Positions 26,421 through 36,698 of a stretch of 55,494 bases of DNA are shown one piece after another; the first letter of the stretch is position 1, and each line of letters begins with the position of its first letter. The stretch spans positions 1-55,494 of the forward strand of contig CACZQF010000187.1 of the NCBI GenBank assembly GCA_902783245.1, given 5' to 3'. Source of the stretch: an uncultured Spirochaetaceae bacterium. GTDB taxonomy: Bacteria > Spirochaetota > Spirochaetia > Treponematales > Treponemataceae. The position numbers and the translations under genes are program-made. The notes beneath the pieces were generated by a model. It worked only from the letters and a program-made list of their open reading frames with translations. It did no database searches and was not told where the DNA came from.

Positions 26421-27230
26421 ATGATTGATCAGATTGTCCGTAATGCACCGGTATTTCTCCTCATTGCAGTGCGTTGCTTTGCCATGCTGCTGTCTTTGCC
26501 GTTGTTTTCCATGCGTACTGTTCCGCGTATGGCTAAAGTTGCGCTGGCCGGATATCTGGCATATGCGGTTATGCCAAAAGTTGATTTCAGCGGATATGCA
26601 TCGTTTTTGGCAGGTAACGGCAGCTTTACGCTGGACTATATTTTCCTGCTGGCGGGAGAAGCGCTGATCGGAATTATTCTTGGATTCTACGTAACGATTA
26701 TTTTTTCTGCGTTCAGTACCGCCGGTCAGTTTTTTGCGTTTCAGATGGGATTCAGTGCGTCTGAAGTATATGATGCGCTGTCTCAGGTCGAGAACCCGCT
26801 TATGGGTCAGTACCTCAATTTGATAGCGATGCTTGTGTTTTTGCAGACGAACTGGCTGCAGCGTCTGTTTATAAAAGGTCTTGCTGAAAGTTTCCATTCG
26901 CTTGATGTGTTCAAACTGATTGCAGGTCATGTGGCTTTTACAAAGTTTATGGTGAGCGGGCTTACCAGCCTGTTTGAAGATGCTTTGATCATATCGCTGC
27001 CGATTATGGGTACGCTGTGCCTTATTACAGTGTGTATGGGCGTGCTTTCCAAAGCTGCGCCGCAGATGAATCTGCTTTCGGAAGGATTTCCGATCATGAT
27101 GCTGGTGTCTTTTATTCTGCTTACGGCCCTTATGCCGTCATTCATAGATTATTTTTCCCGGGCGTTTTCTGTTGGATTCGGGCAGCTGGAAAGCCTGCTG
27201 GTGCAGCTGTCCGGAAAAGGGGGAGCGTAA
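26421..27230 (+). CDS. fliR: Flagellar export gate protein FliR
   Basis: AGQFFAFQMGF, KAAPQMNLLSEGFP. Confidence 0.95.
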   Translation: MIDQIVRNAPVFLLIAVRCFAMLLSLPLFSMRTVPRMAKVALAGYLAYAVMPKVDFSGYASFLAGNGSFTLDYIFLLAGEALIGIILGFYVTIIFSAFSTAGQFFAFQMGFSASEVYDALSQVENPLMGQYLNLIAMLVFLQTNWLQRLFIKGLAESFHSLDVFKLIAGHVAFTKFMVSGLTSLFEDALIISLPIMGTLCLITVCMGVLSKAAPQMNLLSEGFPIMMLVSFILLTALMPSFIDYFSRAFSVGFGQLESLLVQLSGKGGA

Positions 27231-28357
27231 TGTCCGGCGGTGTGATGCTTAAGGACGGACGGCTGCTTACGATAGATTTGCAGTGGTTCGCTGCGGAAGA
27301 TGAAGGACGCACGGAGGAGCCCAGTGAAGTAAAGCTGGAAAAAGCTCGAAAAGAGGGCCGTGTTGTAAAAAGTCAGGAATTGAACGGCGCGCTTGTGATG
27401 CTTAGCGGTGTTGTGACGCTGATGGTCATAGGCAGATGGCTGCTCGTGCAGATGGAAAGTGCCCTGCGGTATTTTTTTACGCGCTGTGCCGAACAGGAAC
27501 TCGCTAATCCTGCCTATGCAGTGGCTTTCGCTGCGTTTTTTTTGAAAATGGTTCTGCCGGTCGCGGTTGTCGGTTTAATCGCAGGCGTATTTACGAATAT
27601 TGCACAGAATAAGGGATGGCTGTTCAGCACCAAACCTATAGAGTTTCAGTTTTCCAAAATACTGCCAAGGTTCGGGCAGTATTTTAAGAAAACGCTCTTT
27701 TCTGCTGAAGGCGCTTTTAATGTGGCAAAATCACTGGTAAAGGTCGCGGTGATTTCTGGTGCGGCGTATTTGTTTATCCGCAGTAATATTCCTAACCTGC
27801 TCATGCTGCTGCAGACTCATAATGTAGAGGGGGCGGTAGGACTTATCGCTTCTATCGCCATCAGAATTCTGGCGGCAGCTGCAATCTTTTTTCTGGTTAT
27901 TGCGATTCCTGATTATTTTGTGCAGAAGCATCAGTTCATGGAAAGCATGAGGATGACAAAACAGGAAGTAAAAGAGGAATACAAAGAAATGGAGGGTGAT
28001 CCGGAGGTAAAAGGAAAGCTGCAGCAGATGCAGCGCCAGCTTTTGCAGCGAAATATGCCCCGGGCAGTCGCGGAATCCGATGTGGTTATCACGAACCCTA
28101 CGCATTATGCAGTGGCGCTGAAATATGATCCTGAGATTGCGGAGCAGTCGCCGCAGGTGGTTGCGAAAGGTGCTGATCAAGTAGCGTTCAGCATCAAAAG
28201 AATTGCACGGGAACATGATGTTCCTATAGTAGAAAATCGTCCTCTTGCTCGAGGGCTCTATACAGATACGCAGGTAGGTGATATAATTCCTGAAGCGTAT
28301 CTGAACGCTATTGTACTTGTATACAGAGAAATAAAATATTACTCAGATAAAAAGTAG
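27230..28357 (+). CDS. flhB: Flagellar export protein FlhB
   Basis: LQWFAAEDEGRTEEPS, KEMEGDPEVK, autocleavage NPTH; restarted at ATG 27230 overlapping the fliR stop. Confidence 0.95.
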   Translation: MSGGVMLKDGRLLTIDLQWFAAEDEGRTEEPSEVKLEKARKEGRVVKSQELNGALVMLSGVVTLMVIGRWLLVQMESALRYFFTRCAEQELANPAYAVAFAAFFLKMVLPVAVVGLIAGVFTNIAQNKGWLFSTKPIEFQFSKILPRFGQYFKKTLFSAEGAFNVAKSLVKVAVISGAAYLFIRSNIPNLLMLLQTHNVEGAVGLIASIAIRILAAAAIFFLVIAIPDYFVQKHQFMESMRMTKQEVKEEYKEMEGDPEVKGKLQQMQRQLLQRNMPRAVAESDVVITNPTHYAVALKYDPEIAEQSPQVVAKGADQVAFSIKRIAREHDVPIVENRPLARGLYTDTQVGDIIPEAYLNAIVLVYREIKYYSDKK

Positions 28358-28377
28358 CTTGCTGATGGGTGGGACTG

Positions 28378-30498
28378 ATGGCAAACGAGAAAAAAAGTAT
28401 TTTAAATATTCTTGCTGACAACTTTGTCGCTGTCACGGCGATTGTTGTTATGCTTATGTTGATTATTCCGCTGCCAACGCCGATGCTTGATTTTTTCATG
28501 GCGGTCAATCTTGCGCTTTCTGTTGTTGTTCTGCTTACCGTTTTATATACTCCTAAGGCATCACACTTTTCTTCGTTTCCCCGCGTCATTCTGTTTGTAA
28601 CGTTGTTTGGCTTGGGAATTAACGTTTCTTCTACACGTCTTATTCTGTCTCAGGGAATAAAATTTAACGGCCGCATGGTTCGTGCCTTTTCATCGTTTGT
28701 AGTGGGCGGAAGTTCCGGCAACGAAGGAATTGTGGTCGGTATGGTTATTTTTATCATACTGATCGTTATTCAGACTATCGTCATTACAAAAGGTGCTACC
28801 CGTGTTTCTGAAGTTGCAGCCCGTTTTGCGCTTGATTCAATGAACAATAAGCTGTTTGCTGTAGATAATGAGCTTAACAGCGGCGCCATTACCGAGGAAG
28901 TAGCCCAGCAGAAGCGTACGGACATTCAGCGTGATATAGATTTTTATTCCGCTATGGACGGCTCTTCTAAGTTCGTCTCCGGAAATGTTAAGGCCGGTAT
29001 CTTTATTACCGTCATCAATCTTCTGGCCGGCCTTATTACCGGCATGGCGCTCAGGCATGAGCCGTTCGCAAATGCTGTTTCTACCTACTGCCGCCTTACG
29101 ATCGGCGACGGCTTACTGAGCCAGCTGCCGTCGCTGCTGCTTTCATTTGCCACCGGTCTTATTGTGACGGGCAGCAATTCTACGGAGCTGCTTTCCGATC
29201 AGCTTCGCAAGCAGTTTTCCGTGTCAGGACAGGTGTACTGTATCGGCGGCGGCGCTATGGCGTTGCTTGGATTTGTGCCCGGTATGCCGTTTTATATCCT
29301 TCTTCCGCTTGGCATCGGCAGCGTAGTGATCGGTCTGCAGATGACCCGTACTGAAAAACGTCGTAATGAACAGGAAAAACTTGCCGCCGCCCAGTCAAAA
29401 GCACGCCCTGCAGGCGGTGCTGCTCCTGAGGAGATAAGCCCTGTAGTTCCTTTGGATCCCCTTTCTTTGGAGCTGGGGTATGCGCTCATTCCGCTGGTGG
29501 AAAAAGAAAAAGGTGCTGAGCTTCTGGAACGTATAACCAGAATCCGGCGTGAGGCTGCTCTGGATCTGGGCCTTGTGGTGCCGCGCATCAGAATTATAGA
29601 TAACATGACGCTTGATCCGAGCGAATATTCTTTTAAAATCCGCGGTATAGAGACGGGAAAAAGTAAGATCCGGCTTGGATACTATATGTGCATGAATACA
29701 GGCAGCGTAGTTCAGGAAATGAAAGGAGATCCGACAAAGGATCCTGCATTCGGTATGCCTGCCATCTGGCTGCCGGAAAGCGAGCGGGCGGAGGCGGAGG
29801 CCGCAGGTTATGCAGTGGTGGATCCGCCTACGATTATCGCAACGCATCTGACTGAGATAATCCGCAGCCATGCTGCTGAAATTCTGGGCCGTCAGGAAGT
29901 TTCAGCCATTATAACAAAGATCAAAGAAGATAATCCGGTTGTTGTTGATGAAGTTCTGACAAACTGTAAGTTTACCTATGGTGAGATTGAGAAAGTTCTG
30001 CAGGCGCTGCTTCGGGAACAGGTGTCAATCCGTAACATGGTGGTGATTCTGGAAACACTTGCTAATTTTGGTCAGCTTACGCATGATACATGGACTTTGG
30101 TAGAAAAAGTCCGGGAAGCTCTGGGTCTGCAGATTTGTCTGCAGTATACTGATGAAGACCGCAAGCTTTCTGTTATGAGCCTTTCTCAGACGTTGTCAGA
30201 ATCTCTGCTTGAGCATAAAGTGACGCCTCCGGATGGTTCGCAGCCGTTTGTTGGTTTTGGGCCGGTGGACGGCAGAAAGTGGATCAAAATTATCAGCGAT
30301 GCGCTTGCGGCCATGCAGGGCAGAAACTATCGTCCTATTATTATGTGTGCAGGAGAGGTTCGTCAGCTGGTCAAGGCGTCTACGGAACGGGAGCTGCCGG
30401 GGCTTGTGGTGCTGTCTATAAACGAGGTGCTTGCGGCAGGAAACAGCATTAGTCTGGAAGTAATCGGTGAAATACAAGATGAGTCGGGGGAAATATAA
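28378..30498 (+). CDS. flhA: Flagellar export protein FlhA
   Basis: ITKGATRVSEVAARFALD, FYSAMDGSSKFVSG, TIGDGLLSQLP. Confidence 0.97.
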   Translation: MANEKKSILNILADNFVAVTAIVVMLMLIIPLPTPMLDFFMAVNLALSVVVLLTVLYTPKASHFSSFPRVILFVTLFGLGINVSSTRLILSQGIKFNGRMVRAFSSFVVGGSSGNEGIVVGMVIFIILIVIQTIVITKGATRVSEVAARFALDSMNNKLFAVDNELNSGAITEEVAQQKRTDIQRDIDFYSAMDGSSKFVSGNVKAGIFITVINLLAGLITGMALRHEPFANAVSTYCRLTIGDGLLSQLPSLLLSFATGLIVTGSNSTELLSDQLRKQFSVSGQVYCIGGGAMALLGFVPGMPFYILLPLGIGSVVIGLQMTRTEKRRNEQEKLAAAQSKARPAGGAAPEEISPVVPLDPLSLELGYALIPLVEKEKGAELLERITRIRREAALDLGLVVPRIRIIDNMTLDPSEYSFKIRGIETGKSKIRLGYYMCMNTGSVVQEMKGDPTKDPAFGMPAIWLPESERAEAEAAGYAVVDPPTIIATHLTEIIRSHAAEILGRQEVSAIITKIKEDNPVVVDEVLTNCKFTYGEIEKVLQALLREQVSIRNMVVILETLANFGQLTHDTWTLVEKVREALGLQICLQYTDEDRKLSVMSLSQTLSESLLEHKVTPPDGSQPFVGFGPVDGRKWIKIISDALAAMQGRNYRPIIMCAGEVRQLVKASTERELPGLVVLSINEVLAAGNSISLEVIGEIQDESGEI

Positions 30499-30501
30499 TC
30501 C

Positions 30502-31740
30502 ATGGTGACTGAAGATAAAGGTGCGCCGGTATTTACGATTGTGGGGGATACGTACGACCAGTGCCGTCAGAAATTGTATAGTGAATTCGGCGAGGATTAT
30601 GAGATTACCAACCGCCGTACTACGCTCAAGCCCGGTTTTTTAGGATTATTCCAGCGGGAAAAAGTTGAAGTGTCCTATATTGTGAAGCGCAGAGGGGCTG
30701 GTACGTACGGCAGTGCGAAAACGGCATCTGCCTCAACGGAAGAGGAAGATTGGGATCGTAATAAAGTTGAGCTGTTGCGTTCTGTAGGTAAATCTGTTGC
30801 TTCCATACAGCAGGCGGAGCGATTGGACCGGCGTATCGACAAGCTTGAGGAGAATCTTGTTCAGAAATTGCAGCAGATGACTGCCGGCAGTGACAAGCAT
30901 CCGAATATTGCGAAAATTGAAGAGCTGCTTGAGCGGAATGAGTTCTCGTTCGGATATATTAACAGAATCTCAGAGCGTATAAAGAGTGAATTTTCCCTTG
31001 ATGAGCTTGATAATTTTGAGTTCCTCCAGCAGCAGGTGGTGGACTGGATAGGGGAGTCTATTGCAGTTGCGCCTGAGCGTGCGTACAGGCCTCCTCATGT
31101 TATTGTTGTGGTGGGACCGACAGGTGTAGGCAAGACAACTACTATTGCAAAGCTTGCCGCTAATCTTATGCTTGATGCTAAGAAAAAAAGTCAGAATAAA
31201 CCTGAAATCCGTATTATTACTATTGATCGCACTCGTGTCGGTGCCATGGAACAGATAGACCGATATGGCGAGATTATGGGCGTTCGGGTTGACAAGGCAG
31301 AAAGCGCGGATGATGTCAGGGTTATTTATGAGGATTGTAAGAATAATGTGGACTATATTCTCATTGATACGAGCGGTTACAGTCCTAATGACGGCGCTCA
31401 TATCGGAACTATGAAGACAATCCTTGATGTGAAGGATATGCATCCTGATGTTTATCTTGCGGTATGCGCTTCTACCAAAGCGCGAGACTTGGAAAATATC
31501 ATGCAGAATTATGAACCTTTTGCGTTCAGATCGGTAATTGTCACTAAGTGTGATGAAACTAATCTGTACGGTAATGTGATCAGCGCTTTGTATGATAAAC
31601 ATAAGATGGTTTCATATATAACAGACGGGCAGCGCGTGCCTCATAATATCCGGCGCGCTGGTGTAATTGATTTTTTAATTCGGTTATCCGACTTTACGAT
31701 TGATAGAGTCCATATCGATGATAAATTTGGAGCAAAGTAG
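30502..31740 (+). CDS. flhF: Flagellar SRP-type GTPase FlhF
   Basis: GPTGVGKTTT, DTSG, TKCDE, GQRVP. Confidence 0.95.
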   Translation: MVTEDKGAPVFTIVGDTYDQCRQKLYSEFGEDYEITNRRTTLKPGFLGLFQREKVEVSYIVKRRGAGTYGSAKTASASTEEEDWDRNKVELLRSVGKSVASIQQAERLDRRIDKLEENLVQKLQQMTAGSDKHPNIAKIEELLERNEFSFGYINRISERIKSEFSLDELDNFEFLQQQVVDWIGESIAVAPERAYRPPHVIVVVGPTGVGKTTTIAKLAANLMLDAKKKSQNKPEIRIITIDRTRVGAMEQIDRYGEIMGVRVDKAESADDVRVIYEDCKNNVDYILIDTSGYSPNDGAHIGTMKTILDVKDMHPDVYLAVCASTKARDLENIMQNYEPFAFRSVIVTKCDETNLYGNVISALYDKHKMVSYITDGQRVPHNIRRAGVIDFLIRLSDFTIDRVHIDDKFGAK

Positions 31741-31741
31741 T

Positions 31742-32626
31742 ATGGAAGAACAGGCAGATGAACTTCGTGAATTAATGAAGAATACCGTGAGAGAACCGGC
31801 CGGAGCAAAGAAATCGGCTGACCATAAAACTCGGATTATTGCGGTTACAAGTGGAAAAGGCGGAGTCGGCAAAACAAATGTGTCCGTAAATCTTGCTATC
31901 GCTTATGCTCAGATGGGGAAAAAAGTCATTCTTGTGGATGCTGATCTGGGTATGGCAAATGTGAATGTTCTGCTTAATGTTGTGCCGCAGTATAACCTTA
32001 TGCAGGTGATCAATAAGCAGAAGACCATGCCGGAGATCGTGCTTGATACCGAGTTCGGCATAAAATTCATTGCGAGCGCGAACGGTTTTTCTAAAATAGC
32101 GAACCTGAATGTGGATGAGCTTGATTATTTTGCGCAGCAGTTCTGCTCTTTGAATGATGCTGATATTATAATCATTGATACAGGCGCAGGAATTGCGAAT
32201 AACGTGCTTCAGTTTGTTGCAGCAGCCGATGAGGTGTATATCGTAACTACACCTGAGCCGACGGCCATTGCTGATGCATACGGTATGATAAAGATCATCA
32301 CTACGGAAGTACTTGATCACGAGGTGACCATGAAGCTTCTGGTAAACAGAGTGCATTCTGCTGATGAGGGCAGGCGAATCGCCGAGCGTATCATCAATAT
32401 TGTTGGTCAGTTCCTGAACTATAAAGTCGACTATTTAGGATTTGTTTATGATGATCCTATTGTTACCGCGTCTGTTATACGGCAAAAACCTTTCTTAGTG
32501 CTGAATCCGTCATCGAAACCCGCAGTATGTATCAAGCATATTGTGAGCAGGGTTGAAAAAACCGCTATGCCCGATAATGACGGTTTGTCCTCCTTCTTAA
32601 AGAAGTTTATTGGCAAAAAGCATTAA
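31742..32626 (+). CDS. flhG: MinD-like ATPase FlhG
   Basis: N-terminal QADELR, SGKGGVGKT, DADLGMAN, DTGAG, TPEPT; restarted at ATG 31742. Confidence 0.93.
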   Translation: MEEQADELRELMKNTVREPAGAKKSADHKTRIIAVTSGKGGVGKTNVSVNLAIAYAQMGKKVILVDADLGMANVNVLLNVVPQYNLMQVINKQKTMPEIVLDTEFGIKFIASANGFSKIANLNVDELDYFAQQFCSLNDADIIIIDTGAGIANNVLQFVAAADEVYIVTTPEPTAIADAYGMIKIITTEVLDHEVTMKLLVNRVHSADEGRRIAERIINIVGQFLNYKVDYLGFVYDDPIVTASVIRQKPFLVLNPSSKPAVCIKHIVSRVEKTAMPDNDGLSSFLKKFIGKKH

Positions 32627-32638
32627 TCGGGGTATAAT
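32610..32638 (+). promoter_or_regulatory. Internal sigma70-like promoter upstream of the flgV-like gene and fliA
   Basis: TTGGCA-N17-TATAAT. Confidence 0.6.
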
Positions 32639-32706
32639 ATAAAGAACGATTTAAGGAGGCTGCAGCCAGCGGTTGTACTGCAGTCAGTATTCTGGGAGGT
32701 GGACAA

Positions 32707-33594
32707 ATGAATATAAAAGCCGTCATTGTTGCTGCTGCGGCTGGATTTGTTCTCTCCTTTTTGACAGGTCTTTTATCCGGCGCCGTTATACTGATCGTTT
32801 TACTGCGGGCTGTTATATTCGCAGTGGTGTTCGGAGGTCTGTGTGCAGGAATACAGCTTCTGGCGGATAAGTTTTTAGGAATGTCTTCTGCCGGCGAGTT
32901 ATCCACTGGAATCAGTGATGTGGTGAAGCCTGTGCAGACTGCTCCGGTTGCCGGCAGTGTCGTTAATCTGACTATATCCGATGAGGATCTGCCGAAAGAA
33001 GATAATGGCCCTCAGTTTTTTGTCGGGTCAACGGTCGGACTTGCGCCTGCACCTCAAGCGCATGATTCACCTGTTCCGGCTGTATCTGTACCAGTTGCTG
33101 CGCCTTTACCGAAGACGGCTTCCGGTACTGCGGCTGTGCCTGCGCCGGATGTGGCTGCGGAGGCAGCAAAACCGCAGGGATTTGTTCCTGTCTCTTTGGG
33201 ACAGCAGACGCCTGCTGCGCGTCCTGCAGCTGCTGATCCTGCACCTGTCCCTGCTCCTGCTGCGCCTGCCGCCGCAGTGAGTTCATCAGTGCCGGAACAG
33301 CCTGCTTCTGAGGTCGAGCCGCCGGCCGCTCCTCCGGAGGATGCACCGGAGCCTTCTGCAGCAGATTCTGATTCGTCCGGTTCTGAAGAGCTTGATGAAC
33401 TGCCTGATTTAGGTGATATGAGTGATGACGGTGGTGGCGAAAGTACCGGGGAGTCTTTGATACAGGACAGTGAATTTGCCTCTGATGATGGTGAGGCTCC
33501 TGTTGTCCGCAAACAGTCGGTAGATGTTTCGTCCGGCAAGGATACAGAATTGATCGCGCAGGCTATTAGGACTGTATTGGCTAATGAAGAATAG
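32707..33594 (+). CDS. Two-TM protein with Pro/Ala/acidic tail; probable FlgV-like basal-body protein
   Basis: Two N-terminal TMs, low-complexity linker, C-terminal helix ELIAQAIRTVL; flhF-flhG-X-fliA position matches flgV. Confidence 0.55.
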   Translation: MNIKAVIVAAAAGFVLSFLTGLLSGAVILIVLLRAVIFAVVFGGLCAGIQLLADKFLGMSSAGELSTGISDVVKPVQTAPVAGSVVNLTISDEDLPKEDNGPQFFVGSTVGLAPAPQAHDSPVPAVSVPVAAPLPKTASGTAAVPAPDVAAEAAKPQGFVPVSLGQQTPAARPAAADPAPVPAPAAPAAAVSSSVPEQPASEVEPPAAPPEDAPEPSAADSDSSGSEELDELPDLGDMSDDGGGESTGESLIQDSEFASDDGEAPVVRKQSVDVSSGKDTELIAQAIRTVLANEE

Positions 33595-33621
33595 TGCTAA
33601 GTTACAATAAAGGTATGGAAG

Positions 33622-34410
33622 ATGGCAGATACGCTTATCGATGAAAAGACAGAAGATGAACTGTGGAATGAGTTCAAAAAGACAAAGTCTCCGGCGTTGC
33701 GTGATAAGTTTATCAGGCAGTATATGCCTTTGGTAAAATATGTAGCTGGAAAGGTTTCCGTCGGTATGCCCGGTAGCGTTGAATTTGATGACCTTGTAGG
33801 GTTCGGACAGTTCGGACTTCTGGATGCAATAAATAAGTATGATCCCGATAAGAACGTAAAGTTTAAAACATATGCGGTTACTCGTATCAGAGGAGCTATT
33901 TTTGATGAGCTTCGTCAGCTTGATTGGGTGCCCCGTTCGGTCCGTCAGAAGTCTCGTGAGATTGAAGATACTATTGTTGAGCTTGAGTCAAAGCTTGGAC
34001 GTACTGCTACTGATGCTGAAATAGCCAAGGAAATGGGTGTAAGCGAAGAAGAATATCAGCACGAAGTACTGAAGGTTTCCGGTACAAGCGTTTTATCGTT
34101 GAATGATGTCTGGTATTCCGGCGAAGAAAATGATCATATGCTCATCGGTGACAGCATTGAATCTCCTGCCAGTATGAACCCTGACGTGCAGGTTGAACGC
34201 GAGGAAGTCCGTCGTGTTATTGTACAGGCGATCAATGAGCTGCCAGAAAAAGAAAAAATGGTCATAGTTCTGTATTACCATGAGAATTTGACGTTTAAAG
34301 AAATCGGTCAGGTGCTTGAAGTCAGCGAGTCCCGTATTTCTCAGCTGCACACAAAAGCGAATCTTCGCCTGCGTGCAAAGTTAACCAATTTTAGAAAAGG
34401 AATTATTTAA
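33622..34410 (+). CDS. fliA: RNA polymerase sigma-28 factor (FliA/WhiG)
   Basis: TRIRGAIFDELRQLDWVPRSVR, LTFKEIGQVLEVSESRISQLH. Confidence 0.96.
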   Translation: MADTLIDEKTEDELWNEFKKTKSPALRDKFIRQYMPLVKYVAGKVSVGMPGSVEFDDLVGFGQFGLLDAINKYDPDKNVKFKTYAVTRIRGAIFDELRQLDWVPRSVRQKSREIEDTIVELESKLGRTATDAEIAKEMGVSEEEYQHEVLKVSGTSVLSLNDVWYSGEENDHMLIGDSIESPASMNPDVQVEREEVRRVIVQAINELPEKEKMVIVLYYHENLTFKEIGQVLEVSESRISQLHTKANLRLRAKLTNFRKGII

Positions 34411-34412
34411 GT

Positions 34413-36383
34413 ATGTTTACACTGGATGCGATCCGCACTCAAATGGAAGTTCAGCTTAATGAAGATAAGAACCTGCATGTTGTGGAGGTTAATGCTGATA
34501 CTCTTGATGAAGCTCTTGCCGATGCTGCTGTCCAGTTGGATACAAAAGTTACAAATATTGAATACGAAGTGCTGGAGCGTGGTTCGAACGGTTTTCTGGG
34601 TATCAGCAAGAAGCCGTGGACAATTCGTGCGTTTCCCAATGCTGTTGCCATTGCGCAGAAAAAGAAGCGTGAAAGCAGCAGCGTAACGGTAGAAGAGGCT
34701 CTGGTCGAAGAAGAGAAGATTATCGATCAGGACGGTATTTTCTATGTCCGTCACTTCAATTCTCAGATATGTCTTAAAGTCGTGCTTCCTGTCGGAAACG
34801 GCAAGCCTGTTGTGTACGGCGATGTCATGGCGCAGCTTAAGCGTTCTGACACGTTGGATATTGAAGAAGACAGCGTCAAAGAATTTGTCAAAAAAGGTAC
34901 GGAAAATACATATGAGCCGGTCGGCACATATGAACATAATAAGGCCGGTGATGCGCTGCTTGCTATTGATGTTTCTAAAGATGAAATGCGGGCTATGCTT
35001 ACGGCTGCAGCCCCGATGATGGGCGGCGCGGATATTTCTGCGGAACAGATACGGCATGCACTTGATGTACAGAATGTTGTTGCCGGTATCGAAGACGATA
35101 AAATCAATGCATTTGTTGATAATCCTGTATACGATGTTCCCTATGAGGTTGCTGCTGCCGTGCTGCCTGTTGACGGCCGCGATGCATATATTGCCTATGA
35201 ATTCGAAACAGACCGTTCTAAGCTTAAGGCAAAAGAAGCTGCCAACGGACAGGTTGATTTCAAAGAGCTTAACCTTATTCAGAATGTAATTGAAGGTCAG
35301 AAACTTGCTGAAAAGATACCTGCAGAAAAGGGCAAAGGCGGTAAAACGTTGTCCGGCAGATATCTTGATGCAAAAGACGGCAAAGATATTAATATGCCTC
35401 TTGGCAAAAATGTTAAAGTTGATGCCGATGGTTGTACTATTCTGGCCGCTGTTAATGGTCAGGTATTGCTGGTTGGCGATAAAATCAATGTTGAGCCGAT
35501 TCTTGAGGTTGAAGGCGTCAATATCAAGACCGGAAATATTACATTCCTTGGTACTGTTGTTGTTAAAGGAAATGTTGATGACGGATTCGACGTCAAAGCA
35601 TCCGGCAATATTGAAATTTATGGTACGGTCGGCAAAAGCCACCTCGAGGCTGATGGTGATATCATCGTATCACAGGGTGTGTTCGGCAGAGGTGAAGGAA
35701 TCATCACTTCCGGAAAATCCTTGTGGGCTAAGTTCATTCAGGCTACGAAGGTTGAGGTCGGCGAATATATTATTGTATCCGACAGTATCATGAATTCTGA
35801 AGTCGTCGCTATGAAGCGTATAATCCTCCAGGGAAAAAAAGCTCAGATTACGGGCGGACACTTGTTTGCTACAGAAGAGATTGCCGCAAAGAATATCGGT
35901 TCTCCGGGCGGCGGCGCAGAAACTGTGCTTAAGGTCGGATTCGATCCAAAGGCAACTCAACGGCTTACAGAGCTGCAGGCTATGCAAGGTATGCTTATGA
36001 AAGAGCTTGAAGAAGTTGAGCTCGATATTTCGACATTGGAGAATCAGAAAAAAATCCGTAAGTCACTGCCGCGTGAGAAAGAGGAAAGTCTTAAAACTAA
36101 AAAAGAACGGCGGCAGAAGATCACTATGGATTCTGAAGAAATGTCCAATGAAATCGAAAAGATTCAGGATCGTCTGCGTGAGCTTAAAGTTGTCGGCAAA
36201 GTAAAATGTGCCGGAACGGTATATTCCGGCGTAAAAGTTTATGTTCGTGAAGTGCTTGATGATGTGCGTTCTGATGTACGTGCGGTTACTTTCTATTATG
36301 AAGATGGATTTGTGCGCCGCGGTAAGTATGAAGAACCTCAGGTGGAGGATATAAAGTCGCCAGATGGCTATTCATCCAATTGA
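34413..36383 (+). CDS. FapA/DUF342 family protein with N-terminal Jag_N-like domain
   Basis: VDFKELNLIQNV, TGNITFLGTVVVKGNVDDGFDVKASGNI beta-helix, coiled coil; N-terminal DTLDEALADA...YEVLERGSNGFLG. Confidence 0.85.
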   Translation: MFTLDAIRTQMEVQLNEDKNLHVVEVNADTLDEALADAAVQLDTKVTNIEYEVLERGSNGFLGISKKPWTIRAFPNAVAIAQKKKRESSSVTVEEALVEEEKIIDQDGIFYVRHFNSQICLKVVLPVGNGKPVVYGDVMAQLKRSDTLDIEEDSVKEFVKKGTENTYEPVGTYEHNKAGDALLAIDVSKDEMRAMLTAAAPMMGGADISAEQIRHALDVQNVVAGIEDDKINAFVDNPVYDVPYEVAAAVLPVDGRDAYIAYEFETDRSKLKAKEAANGQVDFKELNLIQNVIEGQKLAEKIPAEKGKGGKTLSGRYLDAKDGKDINMPLGKNVKVDADGCTILAAVNGQVLLVGDKINVEPILEVEGVNIKTGNITFLGTVVVKGNVDDGFDVKASGNIEIYGTVGKSHLEADGDIIVSQGVFGRGEGIITSGKSLWAKFIQATKVEVGEYIIVSDSIMNSEVVAMKRIILQGKKAQITGGHLFATEEIAAKNIGSPGGGAETVLKVGFDPKATQRLTELQAMQGMLMKELEEVELDISTLENQKKIRKSLPREKEESLKTKKERRQKITMDSEEMSNEIEKIQDRLRELKVVGKVKCAGTVYSGVKVYVREVLDDVRSDVRAVTFYYEDGFVRRGKYEEPQVEDIKSPDGYSSN

Positions 36384-36696
36384 CCTTCAGACCATGTATT
36401 CTCAGATCAACAATGTCGCAAAGCTTGTGTCCCATCAGACTGATGGAACGCAGCTTGCCAGTGCTATGCAGCAGAATACAATGATTCAGCAGAATCTGGA
36501 GCAGGTTACAACCGTACAGAAAGCTGCCAATAGTGATGCAAAATCAACTGAGGTCAATGCAGATGGTAAAAATTCCGCCGATTCCCGAAGAAAGAACAAA
36601 CGTAAAAATGGCGAAGAGCAGGATGAATCTGCTGCCAAAAAAACGCTTGAAATAAGGGAATCATATCTTGGACAGCACATTGATATTACGAGGTAG
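36364..36696 (+). CDS. Conserved hypothetical protein in the flagellar operon
   Basis: MAIHPIDLQ N-terminus and LGQHIDI C-terminus; GGAGG RBS; overlaps the fapA end. Confidence 0.7.
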   Translation: MAIHPIDLQTMYSQINNVAKLVSHQTDGTQLASAMQQNTMIQQNLEQVTTVQKAANSDAKSTEVNADGKNSADSRRKNKRKNGEEQDESAAKKTLEIRESYLGQHIDITR

Positions 36697-36698
36697 TT

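Noticed and set aside
34407-35642. 411-aa minus-strand ORF
   Set aside because: Shadow of fapA; no recognisable motifs
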